Positions 1 to 10,651 of a DNA stretch of 64,000 bases are shown here, one piece after another. The translations under genes were made by a program, and so were the position numbers. The notes under the pieces are model-generated. The model saw only the letters and a program-made list of their open reading frames with translations. It had not been told where the DNA came from and did not search any database. The first letter of the stretch is position 1, and each line of letters starts with the position of its first letter. This stretch comes from an uncultured Spirochaetota bacterium. GTDB taxonomy: Bacteria; Spirochaetota; Spirochaetia; SZUA-6; Fen-1364. The DNA is taken from assembly GCA_963820525.1 (NCBI GenBank), contig CAWGAA010000001.1, positions 3,139,909 to 3,203,908 of the forward strand. Direction: 5' to 3'.

Positions 1-369
1 CGGATTTCCCAGAGCCTCGCCATTGGGGCCCGTGGAACCGTGGTGTGCGATCGTCAACTTGACGTGGCCGAAGTCGAACTGCCGGCCGCCGCCAATGTGC
101 AGCGGGTGGCCTTTACAGCCCTGCTTTTCCAGAAACATGATGATTTCATAATTAGATATAACAAGCGCGCCGGAAAGCTTGGCGATGGCTGCCGCGTCAC
201 CCAGATGATCTCCATGACCGTGGGTCACAATGATCGCATCGAGCTTCTTGAAGTCTTCAGGTTTCGCGCTCGCCAGTGGATTCCCGTTCAGGAATGGGTC
301 GATCAGCACCCGATGGCTTCCGTCTTCGAACTCGAAGCAGTCGTGCCCATGATATCGCAAGGTCAGCAT
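1..369 (-). CDS. Metal-dependent hydrolase, metallo-beta-lactamase fold (UPF0173/YtkL-like); 3' end runs off the window
   Basis: Hand translation of the minus strand (not in the ORF track): MLTLRYHGHDCFEFEDGSHRVLIDPFLNGNP...IIVTHGHGDHLGD, with the HxHxDH motif. ATG at 369, GGAGGA RBS upstream. Confidence 0.9.
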   Translation of the reverse strand, partial: MLTLRYHGHDCFEFEDGSHRVLIDPFLNGNPLASAKPEDFKKLDAIIVTHGHGDHLGDAAAIAKLSGALVISNYEIIMFLEKQGCKGHPLHIGGGRQFDFGHVKLTIAHHGSTGPNGEALGNP

Positions 370-533
370 TAGCGAATCCTCCTCAACATACTTGAAAAAT
401 ACATAATTCGGCCGCGCATGGGCATGATGACTTATCGGGAAGAGAAAAAGAGACAGCCTCCGGAAGCGAGGCTGAGGCCCCCGTCGGCCGGACCGAAAGC
501 GGACGCTGACCGCCAATAACGCCTTCCGCGCGG

Positions 534-1694
534 CTATGGGCTTTCGATGGCCGAAAGGGCCATATCGGTGACGATGTCAAACCTTCGGTTGAGCCTGCCC
601 AGCTGGCATTCCGTCGTTACCTGAAAGAACGAGAGCACAGTGCGATATACAGGATCGATGAATACGTATGTACAGCCCCAACCGGAATGGCTGTAGGCTT
701 CGGGCGATCGGATCGTACCCGTTTCATCTTTTTTATTCACGCTGATCATGAAGCCGAGTCCCCACCCCGATTCGGGAAAACGGATGCTTCCCCATCCCGA
801 GGAAATTCCTTCGGTTTGATTGCGGACCATGGCGCGAACGGTTGCGGCACTCAGGAGCCTTTCCCCGTTGTACTCTCCGCCGTTCCTGAACATCTCTGCG
901 AAAACCGACATATCGAGGACCGTTGAGTAAACTCCGCCCGCCGCGGAGGACCGCATCAGGCTTTCGGGTTTCGACATCCACTCCGCGCCTATGGCGTTTC
1001 CAGCGAACTTCACTACCCTGTCCCAGACGGACTGGGGGACCACCATAAAGCTGTCCTTCATCCCGAGAGGCTCGAAAATCCGCTTTGCGAAGAACTCGTC
1101 GAGCGATTGGCCGCTCACCCTTCGCACGATCTCGCCCAGGAGCTCGTAGCCGTAACTGCAATATGACATGTACGTCCCGGTCTCGTACGAAAGCGGTGTA
1201 TCGTATCCGAGGCAAAGCCTCTGTTGAGTATCCTGATCCTGCGTTTGCTCCGGATGGGGGAATGGAAACCCATCCTTTCGTTCCTCGCTGATTTTTTTTA
1301 TGGCCTCGTCTTCCAATCCCGACGTATGTGTCAACAGGTGGTGGATGAGGACGTCCTTTTTCTTTTCCCCGACGAACTCGGGGATGAATTCAGCCACCGG
1401 CATGACGGGGCTCAGCAAGCCATCCTCCGTCAGCATCATGATGGAAGTGGCGGTAAAAAGCTTGGTGATCGACGCGACGGGGAAAAGGGCGTTTGGCGAG
1501 AGAACGGGAGATTCGGGATCGGGCCCCAGCCTTCCCGCAGCTCCGTGGGATACGATGACGCCGTCCCGTGCGACCAAATAAGCCATCGATGGAGAATATC
1601 CCTCCTCCGCCCATCGGGCGATTGTTTTTTCAAGCGCGGAAAGCCGGGCCGCAGACATCCCGACCTCGCCTGGGGTTCCGTGCCTCAAGACCAT
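534..1694 (-). CDS. Serine hydrolase, beta-lactamase/AmpC-like family
   Basis: SxxK (ASITK), LLTHTSGL, YCSYGY and HSG motifs. Start chosen at ATG 1694 with AGGAGG RBS. Confidence 0.88.
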   Translation of the reverse strand: MVLRHGTPGEVGMSAARLSALEKTIARWAEEGYSPSMAYLVARDGVIVSHGAAGRLGPDPESPVLSPNALFPVASITKLFTATSIMMLTEDGLLSPVMPVAEFIPEFVGEKKKDVLIHHLLTHTSGLEDEAIKKISEERKDGFPFPHPEQTQDQDTQQRLCLGYDTPLSYETGTYMSYCSYGYELLGEIVRRVSGQSLDEFFAKRIFEPLGMKDSFMVVPQSVWDRVVKFAGNAIGAEWMSKPESLMRSSAAGGVYSTVLDMSVFAEMFRNGGEYNGERLLSAATVRAMVRNQTEGISSGWGSIRFPESGWGLGFMISVNKKDETGTIRSPEAYSHSGWGCTYVFIDPVYRTVLSFFQVTTECQLGRLNRRFDIVTDMALSAIESP

Positions 1695-1759
1695 GACAAA
1701 CCTCCTCTGTGTCAGAATATGCACATGGAGCCCGTCACACAAGAGGTGGGGGGAAGGAT

Positions 1760-2112
1760 CCTCCGTCAAAGAGATAAAAAACCTTGGAGACCGCGCCTTG
1801 CGTCCCTTGCTTGATGCCCTTGAGCGCTCCGACGATGAAGCGCGTAAAACAGTTGTCTATCTGCTCAGTTGCCTCAGCGATAAAAAAACGACCGCTCTTC
1901 CGATCGCGCGGCAGCTTGAACAGAAGAGCGCCGCCGTACGTTATGAGGCAATTGGCGCAATCGACGCGTTTCGCCCCTTCTTTGCCGACGTGGAGCTGAA
2001 AGAGGTCATCACCAACGATTTTGCGATGCCCTACAACATAAACCGGGTCTATGTATGCAGAAGTCCGACAATGGCTCCGAGTGCCATATGGTATTACTTG
2101 AAAAACTATTGA
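1760..2112 (+). pseudogene. Possible HEAT-repeat protein fragment
   Basis: LGDRALRPLLDALERSDDEARKTVVYLL...AAVRYEAIGAI resembles HEAT/PBS repeats. No clear start; boundaries approximate. Confidence 0.35.
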
Positions 2113-2376
2113 CGAGGGGTCACGACGTCCGCAGTCGTGAGGATTCGGGCCTTCTCATTCTATGACGAGATAAGGTACTCCATTCAGGCTATTCATCGTC
2201 GTCGCCGATTCAATGTAGGCGTCCGTCTCCACCACTCTGTCAATGGCATATTGCCGGGTCAGATTCTGCGTCGTTACGGGAAAGCTTGAGCTGGGGAGAG
2301 TGAACTGATTGAAAATAAAATGCACGAACTGCCGTATCGGGATCGACGCCATTGCCAGGCACGGTGATCTGAGGTT

Positions 2377-3693
2377 CTACGGCCCCGCTTCCTCAGCAGG
2401 TCCACCCAACTTCAGCGCTCGCATGCAGCGTTTCCTGTAGATCTCGATGGGCCGGTCGGGCACCCCGGGGTGTAGGATGTCATGAAACCGGCTGAGGGCG
2501 TCGCTGAAACGGCCGGCATGGAAATCGTATACCCCCCTCTCGAAGGTCTCGCGGGTATCCTTTTTCCACTCCTTGAGCTCCGGAGTATCTCCGTCGAACA
2601 CCTCGTAGACGGAGACCGCTTCCTCCTTGCCCTTCAGCTTCACCTTGTCGATGAACCGGTAGTTGTACCGGTTCGGATCCTCCAGGTCGAAGAGAACGTG
2701 GCTGGAGACGAGAAGCGACACCTCGTAGACCTTCGTGAGGTCCTCCAGGCGCGAGGCGAGGTTGACCGCGTCCGAGATCACCGTGCCCTGCATGAACCTC
2801 ACGTGGCCGATGATGCCCAGCATGACCGACCCGGCATGAATCCCGACCCCGATCCTCAGGGGGTCGTACCCGAAACCCGCGCGCTGGATGTTGTACACGG
2901 GGATGTAGGAAAGCATGGCAATGGCGGCGGAAAGGGCGGAGCCGGAGCCTTTCGGGAACAGCGCCATGATGGCGTCCCCGATGTACTTGTCGATGAACCC
3001 GCCGTTCTCCCAAACGAACGGGTTCATCCGTTGGAGGTAGGAATTTAGGAAGGCGAAGTTCTGTTCCGGGGTCATCTTTTCCGAAAGCGCGGTGAACGAG
3101 CGTATATCGGAGAACATAATGGCCATCTCGATCTGCACCTGGTCTCCCAGCTCGACGTCGACGATGTTGGTCTTGTGCAGAGCGTGGAGGAATTCCTGGG
3201 GCACGAAACGGGAGAACCTCTCCAGCGCGGCCTGCAGCTGCTCGCTACTGCCCGCCAGTTCGCTGCGCAGCACGGCCTGCCGACGCTTCATTTCATCGTT
3301 GTAGGCCTTCAGGCGCGCAAGGGAGGACACCTTGGCCTTCAGGACCGAGGGGTCGACCGGCTTGGATAGGAAATCCACGGCGCCGGCTTTGAGCGCGCGT
3401 ACCCGCTCCTCGTTGCTCGACAACCCGGTGATGATGACGATGGGAATGCCGCTGGTCTCTTCGCTGCTGCTGAGCGCCAGGGCGACCTCGTAGCCGTTCA
3501 CCCCCGGCATCTGCACGTCCAGCAGGATGATGTCGGGCTTCCTGTCCTTTGCCAGACGGAGGCATTCCGTGCCGCTTTTCGCGGGGATGAACTCGCATCC
3601 CTCTTCCTTGAGGAACAGGGCGAGCACCTCCAGATTCTGCTCTTCATCGTCAACCGCGAGAACGCGGACGGGGAATTTCATGCGGTTGTCCAT
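2377..3693 (-). CDS. Response regulator fused to a class III adenylate/guanylate cyclase
   Basis: N-terminal REC (DDEE, LLDVQMP, FLSKP). Cyclase motifs FSDIRSFT, IDKYIGDAIMA and DAVNLASRLE; the Lys in DKYIGD suggests ATP specificity. Confidence 0.92.
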   Translation of the reverse strand: MDNRMKFPVRVLAVDDEEQNLEVLALFLKEEGCEFIPAKSGTECLRLAKDRKPDIILLDVQMPGVNGYEVALALSSSEETSGIPIVIITGLSSNEERVRALKAGAVDFLSKPVDPSVLKAKVSSLARLKAYNDEMKRRQAVLRSELAGSSEQLQAALERFSRFVPQEFLHALHKTNIVDVELGDQVQIEMAIMFSDIRSFTALSEKMTPEQNFAFLNSYLQRMNPFVWENGGFIDKYIGDAIMALFPKGSGSALSAAIAMLSYIPVYNIQRAGFGYDPLRIGVGIHAGSVMLGIIGHVRFMQGTVISDAVNLASRLEDLTKVYEVSLLVSSHVLFDLEDPNRYNYRFIDKVKLKGKEEAVSVYEVFDGDTPELKEWKKDTRETFERGVYDFHAGRFSDALSRFHDILHPGVPDRPIEIYRKRCMRALKLGGPAEEAGP

Positions 3694-3754
3694 GGACGCT
3701 TGCTCCCTCTTGACTTAGGTAAAGTCCGCTCTCAGCGCCGGTAACATGGAAAGG

Positions 3755-4837
3755 CTAAGTTATTCCAGATTCGAATCTTGCATGTATTTCCTCGAACCGG
3801 GGCGAGACCGTCACGAAGGCTTTCAGAATATCGGGGTCGAAGTGGCTCGGAATGGTCCTGCCGTCACCCTCGGTGATGATCTGGACCGCCGTGGAATGAT
3901 CCAAAGGCTCCTTGTAGGGCCTTCTGCTCGTCAACGCATCGTATTGATCGCAGATTATTACGATCCGGCCTGAAAGCGGTATGTCGTCGCCTTTCAACCC
4001 CGCCGGGTATCCGCTCCCATCCCACCTCTCGTGGTGATGCAGCGCGATGGATTCGGCCATTTGGATACTGGGATGCTCCGAGCCCGCGAGTATTTTCCCT
4101 CCGATGACGGTATGGGTTTTCATTATCTCGAACTCATCCGATGTGAGCCTTCCCGGTTTCAGGAGAATCGTGTCCGGAATTCCCACTTTTCCGATATCGT
4201 GCATGGGGCTTGCAAAGACCATGGTCTCCGTGAAATCCGCCGACGTGTGAAGCGCGGCGGCAAGGTAGTGCGAAAACAGACTCATCCGGGAGATGTGGGC
4301 GCCGGTCTCGGTATCCCTGAACTCGGCGACCGATATCAATCTTCTCACCACTTCTTTGTTCAGATTCTTCACCATCCCCAGGGCTTCTGCCAATTCCCGC
4401 GTCCTCATCCGAACCGTATCCTCGAGCATGGTTTTGTAGTTTTTCTCTATCTGGACAAACCTCCGATAGTTAACCGCTTTCTTGAGAGTGTGGATGAGAA
4501 GATCGGGATTGAAAGGCTTGATGATGAAATCGAATGCCCCCTTCTTTATCGCGCTCACCGCCAGGTCCAACTCGGCGAATGCGGTCATCAAGACCACGGG
4601 TGTTTTCGGGCTCGTGATGTGAATTTCATCGAGCAGCTCGATGCCGGAGAGGCCGGGCATCTTGATATCCGACAAGACGACATCGAAGGCGTTTTCCTGC
4701 AGCCGGTGCATCGCCTCCCCTGATTGCCCGCAGGGAATCGCATGAAATCCACAACCACCAAGCAGGGAGCAGGTGGATTCCAGGACAAGGGGATCGTCGT
4801 CGACTACGAGGATGGTGCCGTCGTCCTGCCCGCTCAT
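3755..4837 (-). CDS. REC + HD-GYP cyclic dinucleotide phosphodiesterase (RpfG-like)
   Basis: REC domain followed by HDIGK and [12 protein letters not shown] motifs. Confidence 0.93.
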   Translation of the reverse strand: MSGQDDGTILVVDDDPLVLESTCSLLGGCGFHAIPCGQSGEAMHRLQENAFDVVLSDIKMPGLSGIELLDEIHITSPKTPVVLMTAFAELDLAVSAIKKGAFDFIIKPFNPDLLIHTLKKAVNYRRFVQIEKNYKTMLEDTVRMRTRELAEALGMVKNLNKEVVRRLISVAEFRDTETGAHISRMSLFSHYLAAALHTSADFTETMVFASPMHDIGKVGIPDTILLKPGRLTSDEFEIMKTHTVIGGKILAGSEHPSIQMAESIALHHHERWDGSGYPAGLKGDDIPLSGRIVIICDQYDALTSRRPYKEPLDHSTAVQIITEGDGRTIPSHFDPDILKAFVTVSPRFEEIHARFESGIT

Positions 4838-7800
4838 TGGTCGAGCACCTCCCTCACCTTTTTCAGCAGCTCCTGAGGGGCAAAGGGTTTCGTGATGAAG
4901 TTCAATCCCTCCTCGAGTATTCCCTTCTGGTGGATGATGTTCGCCGTGTAGCCGCTGGTGTAGAGCACCCGTACGTCGGTGTTCATTTTCTTGATCTCCT
5001 CGGCGACGGCCTTGCCGCTCTTTTTCGGCATTATGATGTCGAGCAGAAGAAGCCGGATCGTGTCCTGATTCTCGGTGAACTTCGCCACCGCCTCTTCTCC
5101 GTCCTGCGCTTCGATGACCGTGTAGCCGAACTGCTCCAGAATCGTCCTCGTCAGCTGCCTCACCACCGGATCGTCCTCCCCGAGCAGTACTGTCTCGGTG
5201 CCCCCTCTCGGTGCTTCCTTTTCCTGCGGCTTTGTCTCATCGATCGTGGATCGGGTGATGGGGAAATATATCCTGAACGTGGTGCCCTTTTCCGGTTCGC
5301 TGTACAGATTTATATACCCGTTGTGCTGTTTCACGATGCCATACACGATTGACAGCCCGAGCCCGGTACCCTTCCCCACCTCTTTGGTGGTGAAAAACGG
5401 CTCGAATATCTTTTCCTGCACCTTCCTGTCCATGCCGATACCGTTGTCCTCGACCGAGATGAGCGCATACGGGCCCGGCTTGCCATAGCCGTGGGCTTTG
5501 ATGAACTCGTCATCCATCGCGAGGCGGCTGGTTGAAATAGTGAGCAGTCCCCCTTCGGGCATCGCGTCCCTTGCATTGGTGGCGAGGTTCATCAGGAGCT
5601 GCTCCACCTGGCTGCCGTCCGCCATCACGATCAGCTCTTCCTCCGCCAGAGCGGTCTTCAACTCGATGTCCTCGCCGATGATCCGCATCAGGAACTTCTC
5701 CACCGCTCTGATGATGTCGTTCAGATCGATGGGTTTCGGATTGATGATCTGTTTCCTGCTGAAAGCGAGGAGACTTTGCGTCAGGCGGGCCGCTCTTTGC
5801 GCGGCCGCGATTATCTGTTCCGCATGGTGCTTGAGATAATCACCTTCTTTCATTTTCATCTGTAGAAAGGTGCTATACCCGATGATGGCGGTGAGGATAT
5901 TGTTGAAATCGTGGGCGATCCCCCCGGCGAGCAGGCCCACCGCCTCCATCTTCTGAGCCTGAAGAAGCTGGGCTTCCAGGATCTTGTGTTCGGTGATGTC
6001 GCGGAAGAAGCCCACGTTGCACACCGCGCCATCAATCGTTATTTGGGCGCTGTTGATGTCTGCATAGACAACGGCCCCGTCCTTCCTGAGGCAGGGAATG
6101 TCCGCGGCAAGCGTTTTTTCTTTTCGTATCTGGGCTTCGAACTCGGCCACGACGCCCGGTAAAGCGTCTTTTGGGTGAATGTCCGCAACGCCCATCGTCT
6201 TCAATTCCTCCTCGGTGTATCCGAGCATTCGACAGAGAGCCGGGTTCGCGTACCTGAAAGCCTTCGTTTCACTGTCGGCAATCAGGATGCCGTCGGCGCT
6301 TGCCTCGAAAAGCGTATGATATCTCGCCTCCGAGTTCCGCAACGCCTCATCCGCGGCGGCTTGCTGAACGACCAGGGCGGCGGTGCTGCCGAGTCCATCC
6401 AGCATTGCGTCTTCAGCGGACGCAATGGGGTGCATGGCGAAGAGGGCCAGAACCCCTAATGTCTCTTTGCCGGGGACTCGGAGCTGGTATCCCGCGAACG
6501 ACACGAGCCCCAGGTCGCGCGCCCATTCGCGGTCGTGAACGAGAGGGTCGTTCTGCACGTCGTTGGTGATGAGCTTGTGCTCCTCCCCCGAGGCGACTCG
6601 GCCGATCTTGTAGCAGCCGAACGGAACGCGGCTGTGGCCTTTCCCGTCCGTGTGGGTGTACCGGCCCGAGCTCGCCAGCAGATGAAGGCAGCGGTCGCGG
6701 TAGCGGCACACGTGCGGCCCTTCCTGCACCCCGGCATGAATGCAGCCCTGTTCGCACAGATCCCCGGGCCGAATCAGCCAGATGCGGCAGAAGTCGGCGG
6801 CGAAGAGCCGAACGATACTGTCGGTCATGCCCTTGAGTTTCTGGTCCAGAGGCGCCGGCGCGAGGAGCGACTGTTTCAGCAGGTTGATACCCTCCTGCCG
6901 CAGGAGCGCGGTCTCGCGTTCCTCCTCCGCCCGCCTGCGCTCGGTGATGTTTTCCATCGTTCCTTCGTAGCCCTGGAGCGTTCCGCCGGCGTCTCGGGCC
7001 GGATGGATGTTGAATGATACCCATATCGTGGTGCCGTCCCTGCGCCGACATTCGCACTCGAACTCGGACACGGCGTCTTGAGTTTCGAGCATCCGCATCA
7101 GCTTCGCGTGGCACGCCGGATCGAGAAAAATCTCGCCTCCGATGCCTGTGGCGTTCGACATCAGCTCCTCGGACGAGTCGTACCCGAGGATCCGCGCCAT
7201 GGCGGCATTGGCGGTGGTGAAACGCTCACCGTCCGGGCTGGTCTGGAAGATGCCTTCAATCGCGTTTTCGAAGATGCCCCTGTATTTCTCCTCCGCGATC
7301 ATCACCTCGGTATGGAGACGCGCGCTTTCCAACGCGGAACCGGCGATGGCGGTCAGAATGCTCAGTGCCTTCAGCTCCCCAAGGGTGATGTTGCGGCGGG
7401 GCTTCGTGAAGCTCAGATTCAGTATGCCCGCCAGCCTGCCGCCGACCATGAGGGGCATCGATATGGCGAGCTGAATTTCACCGCGGGGAGAAAGAGGAGT
7501 GAAGCGCGGATCGTCCACCCTGCCGCGCAGAACGAGCGGCTCCCGATGGATGGCGACCCAGCCGGCGATGTGCTTGTCCGCCGGCACCCGCTGCCCCAGC
7601 AGCAGCTCCCTGCCTTCGCCCCTGACGGCGGCGACGTACAGCTCGTTTCCCTCCCGTGTCGGAAGAAGGATCGATGCCTCATCCGCATCGCACTGCTGAA
7701 GGGCGCCGTCCGCGACCTTGCCGAGAATCGCGTTCAGATCCAGGGTGTAGCTGATGGTCTGGCCCAGCTCGTAGATGCCCAGGGTCTGGCGTAATTGCAT

Positions 7801-8193
7801 GTTCTCCAGCCTGAGACGACGCACATCCATGGCTCGGGATATCACGGGAAGCAGGACGTTCGATTTGAACGGTTTGAGTATGTAATCGAAAGCCCCGAGC
7901 TTCATGGCATCCACGGCGGTCTGCACGGTGCCCTGTCCCGTCATGATGATGCCCACGATGCGCGGGTCGATGGCAAGCGCCGCCCGCAGCAATGCGATGC
8001 CGTCGATTTCAGGCATCATCAGGTCGGTGAGAAGCAGATCGAAATCCTTTTCCTTGATGGCTTCCAGCGCCTCCTTTCCCGAGGCGAACTCCTCCGTCTC
8101 GTAGCCCTGCGCCGAGAGCATTTCCCTCAATGCCGCCGCAAGCTCGACCTCGTCGTCGACGATAAGAAGCTTCCCCAATGTGACCGTCTGCAT
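4834..8193 (-). CDS. Hybrid sensor histidine kinase (REC-GAF-PAS-GAF-PAS-HisKA-HATPase-REC)
   Basis: H-box [37 protein letters not shown] domains at both ends. Start at ATG 8193 with RBS; stop overlaps the next gene. Confidence 0.93.
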   Translation of the reverse strand: MQTVTLGKLLIVDDEVELAAALREMLSAQGYETEEFASGKEALEAIKEKDFDLLLTDLMMPEIDGIALLRAALAIDPRIVGIIMTGQGTVQTAVDAMKLGAFDYILKPFKSNVLLPVISRAMDVRRLRLENMQLRQTLGIYELGQTISYTLDLNAILGKVADGALQQCDADEASILLPTREGNELYVAAVRGEGRELLLGQRVPADKHIAGWVAIHREPLVLRGRVDDPRFTPLSPRGEIQLAISMPLMVGGRLAGILNLSFTKPRRNITLGELKALSILTAIAGSALESARLHTEVMIAEEKYRGIFENAIEGIFQTSPDGERFTTANAAMARILGYDSSEELMSNATGIGGEIFLDPACHAKLMRMLETQDAVSEFECECRRRDGTTIWVSFNIHPARDAGGTLQGYEGTMENITERRRAEEERETALLRQEGINLLKQSLLAPAPLDQKLKGMTDSIVRLFAADFCRIWLIRPGDLCEQGCIHAGVQEGPHVCRYRDRCLHLLASSGRYTHTDGKGHSRVPFGCYKIGRVASGEEHKLITNDVQNDPLVHDREWARDLGLVSFAGYQLRVPGKETLGVLALFAMHPIASAEDAMLDGLGSTAALVVQQAAADEALRNSEARYHTLFEASADGILIADSETKAFRYANPALCRMLGYTEEELKTMGVADIHPKDALPGVVAEFEAQIRKEKTLAADIPCLRKDGAVVYADINSAQITIDGAVCNVGFFRDITEHKILEAQLLQAQKMEAVGLLAGGIAHDFNNILTAIIGYSTFLQMKMKEGDYLKHHAEQIIAAAQRAARLTQSLLAFSRKQIINPKPIDLNDIIRAVEKFLMRIIGEDIELKTALAEEELIVMADGSQVEQLLMNLATNARDAMPEGGLLTISTSRLAMDDEFIKAHGYGKPGPYALISVEDNGIGMDRKVQEKIFEPFFTTKEVGKGTGLGLSIVYGIVKQHNGYINLYSEPEKGTTFRIYFPITRSTIDETKPQEKEAPRGGTETVLLGEDDPVVRQLTRTILEQFGYTVIEAQDGEEAVAKFTENQDTIRLLLLDIIMPKKSGKAVAEEIKKMNTDVRVLYTSGYTANIIHQKGILEEGLNFITKPFAPQELLKKVREVLDQ

Positions 8194-8215
8194 ATCTACT
8201 ATCCTTCCTTCGTTT

Positions 8216-9568
8216 TTACATGGGCGCGGTTTTCCCACCGGTCACCGGGAGCCTGATCGATGCCGTTGTCCCCTTACCGACTTCGCTAGTGACGTTCAAA
8301 GCTCCATGGTGCTCCTCGATGATCCTCCGGCAAATGGGCAGCCCAAGACCCGTGCCTTTGCCTTCCGGTTTCGTCGTGAAGAAGGGCGTCATGAGTTTCG
8401 GAAGATTTTCCGGGGGGATCCCCTCTCCCGTGTCGGAGACTTCGATGAGAACCTGCGTGGGGGAATCCGTCATGGAAACGCGGATAGTGAGGGTTCCTCC
8501 CCCCGGCATGGCGTCGGCGGCATTGGAGAAAAGGTTCAGAAACACCTGCCGCAACTGCTGGCGATCGGCGAGGACCGCCCGCGCGTCGGGGGAAAAAACC
8601 TTGCGCACTTCTATATTGCTCTTGCGCAAGTGGTAATGAATGAGATCGAGGGTTTTTTCTATCTCCTCTCGTACATCAATCGTCGAGATCTGCGGCTGGC
8701 TGCGGCGGCTGAACTGGAGAAGGTCCGCCACCAGGCGGGACATGCGGTCGATCTCTTTTTCCACTATTTCCAGCGAAAGCCGCCGGGGGTCGTTCGGAGC
8801 CAGCCCGGTCTGCAGCGATTCGATTCTCAGGCTGACGGTGGCCAGGGGGTTGTTCAATTCATGTGCGATGCTCGCCGCCAGCTCCCCCATGGTGGCCAGT
8901 TTCGCGGCCTGCCAGAGGTGCTGCGTCATGGTCTTGACCTCTTCCTCTGCCCGCGTACGCTCGGCGATCTCCTGCCTGAGAGCCGCCGTCCTCTCTTCCA
9001 CCATCTCTTCCAACTTTTCGTTCAACGTCCTCAATTCGCTTAGTGCGCTGATTAGCTCCTTGTTGTGCCGCACGGCGTTCTCGTAGGTGGACAGGAGGAG
9101 GGTCATTATCCGCTGCCGGCTCGATTTCACTATCCGCTGCTCGCCCGCGAGGGTGACAGGGAAATGCTCCTGAGGGTCGTCAATCTCCCGGGGCTGCGGC
9201 GCTGTAAGGACGGCCTCGACCTTCGAAAGGAGTGCCTCGGCCTGGCATGGTTTGGTCAGATAGTAGTCCACCCCCGCTTCTATACCGAAAATGACATCGT
9301 GTGGATCCGAGAGGGTGGTAAGAATTATCACCGGAATGGTTTTCAGCTCGCCATCGTCCTTGAAGGCCCTGCACATGGCATAGCCATCCATGACCGGCAT
9401 CAGGACATCGCTGATGACGAGGCGCGGCCGGCGTTTTAGAGCCGCGGCCAGGGCCTCCTTGCCATTGGCCGCGACTGCAATGTGGTACCCGCGATCCTCG
9501 AGGGTGTGCTTGAGCTGCTCGGCCTGTGTCCTGCTGTCCTCCACGATGAGGATGTGTTCCCCGCTCAT
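8216..9568 (-). CDS. REC-histidine kinase
   Basis: N-terminal REC (ISDVLMP), H-box [23 protein letters not shown]. Confidence 0.92.
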   Translation of the reverse strand: MSGEHILIVEDSRTQAEQLKHTLEDRGYHIAVAANGKEALAAALKRRPRLVISDVLMPVMDGYAMCRAFKDDGELKTIPVIILTTLSDPHDVIFGIEAGVDYYLTKPCQAEALLSKVEAVLTAPQPREIDDPQEHFPVTLAGEQRIVKSSRQRIMTLLLSTYENAVRHNKELISALSELRTLNEKLEEMVEERTAALRQEIAERTRAEEEVKTMTQHLWQAAKLATMGELAASIAHELNNPLATVSLRIESLQTGLAPNDPRRLSLEIVEKEIDRMSRLVADLLQFSRRSQPQISTIDVREEIEKTLDLIHYHLRKSNIEVRKVFSPDARAVLADRQQLRQVFLNLFSNAADAMPGGGTLTIRVSMTDSPTQVLIEVSDTGEGIPPENLPKLMTPFFTTKPEGKGTGLGLPICRRIIEEHHGALNVTSEVGKGTTASIRLPVTGGKTAPM

Positions 9569-10635
9569 GACAGCCTCCCTTCGCGTTTGTCGGCCGCGTT
9601 CACTAAACGTGTCACGGCCGCGGCGATTTTGTCCGGCGGGAGCGCATAGAGCGCCGCTCCCAGACTCGCGGCCTCACCCGGCATGCCGTACACGACGCAC
9701 GTTCCCTCATCCTGGGCAAAGGTGATGGCGCCCCTGTCTCTCATGAGCTTCAACTCTTCCGCTCCATCTTTTCCCATGCCCGACAGGAGGATGCCCACGG
9801 AATTTCCGCCGTACGCGTGCGCGACCGAGCGGAACAGATGGGAGACGGAGGGACGCATGCCGTTCTCCGGCTCTTCGCGGCTGAGCGCGATCCGGCGGTC
9901 GCCACGAACGCCCATATGAAACTCGTCGGGAGCGACGTATACGCGCCCGGTTTCTATATGTTCGCCATCGACGGCCACCTTGACCTGAAGGCGCGAAGAG
10001 CCGGCCAGCCATTCCGCGAAGCCGGACACGAATCCGGAGGCGATGTGTTGAACGACGAGCACGGGAGCGGGGAATTGCGTCGGAAGCGCGGATAGTATCG
10101 TCTGGATGGGCACGGGTCCGCCGGTTGATGCACCGATGGCGACAGCCTCGATTGCCGCGGGCGCCTGTTCCACCTCGATCTCCGGGACTGGATGGCCGAT
10201 CGCGGGATTCTCTTTTCTCGGCCAGCGCTTCACTACTTTCACTTCCGACATGAGCTTCACCGTCTGGATCAGCTCCCTGGCTTCCGGCTCGAGCTCCGGG
10301 CCGGCGCCGCCGCGCGGTTTGGCGAGGATTGCGACCGCCCCCGCTTCCATCGCACGGAAGCTCGTCTCCACTTCCCTGGCGTCCCAGCTTGCGCTCACGA
10401 CGATAATTGGTGTTGGGCATGACTCCATGATTTTCCGCGTGGCTTCGAAGCCGTTCATTCCCGACATATGGATGTCCATGGTAATGACATGAGGTGTCCT
10501 CTGTTTCGCCATTTCGATGGCTTCCTCGCCATCGCGGGCGATACCGATCACCTCCACGGCGGGATCCGAGCTCAACACATGCTCGAGGAATTGCTGCACC
10601 ACGGGCGAATCTTCGACTATGAGGACCCGAATCAT
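9565..10635 (-). CDS. cheB: Chemotaxis-type methylesterase (REC + CheB), WspF-like
   Basis: REC plus catalytic triad motifs GASTGG, QHI and GMGKDG; YGMP motif. Confidence 0.95.
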   Translation of the reverse strand: MIRVLIVEDSPVVQQFLEHVLSSDPAVEVIGIARDGEEAIEMAKQRTPHVITMDIHMSGMNGFEATRKIMESCPTPIIVVSASWDAREVETSFRAMEAGAVAILAKPRGGAGPELEPEARELIQTVKLMSEVKVVKRWPRKENPAIGHPVPEIEVEQAPAAIEAVAIGASTGGPVPIQTILSALPTQFPAPVLVVQHIASGFVSGFAEWLAGSSRLQVKVAVDGEHIETGRVYVAPDEFHMGVRGDRRIALSREEPENGMRPSVSHLFRSVAHAYGGNSVGILLSGMGKDGAEELKLMRDRGAITFAQDEGTCVVYGMPGEAASLGAALYALPPDKIAAAVTRLVNAADKREGRLS

Positions 10636-10651
10636 GAAAAACCCCCACGGC

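Noticed and set aside
40..372. 110-aa plus-strand ORF
   Set aside because: Antisense shadow of the minus-strand MBL-fold hydrolase, which has the motifs and an RBS.
534..1694. Possible antibiotic-resistance beta-lactamase
   Set aside because: No signal peptide, and the motifs fit the broad cytoplasmic serine hydrolase/esterase family; resistance is not supported.
2155..2352. 65-aa minus-strand ORF
   Set aside because: No recognisable motif or clear RBS; may be a fragment but cannot be supported.
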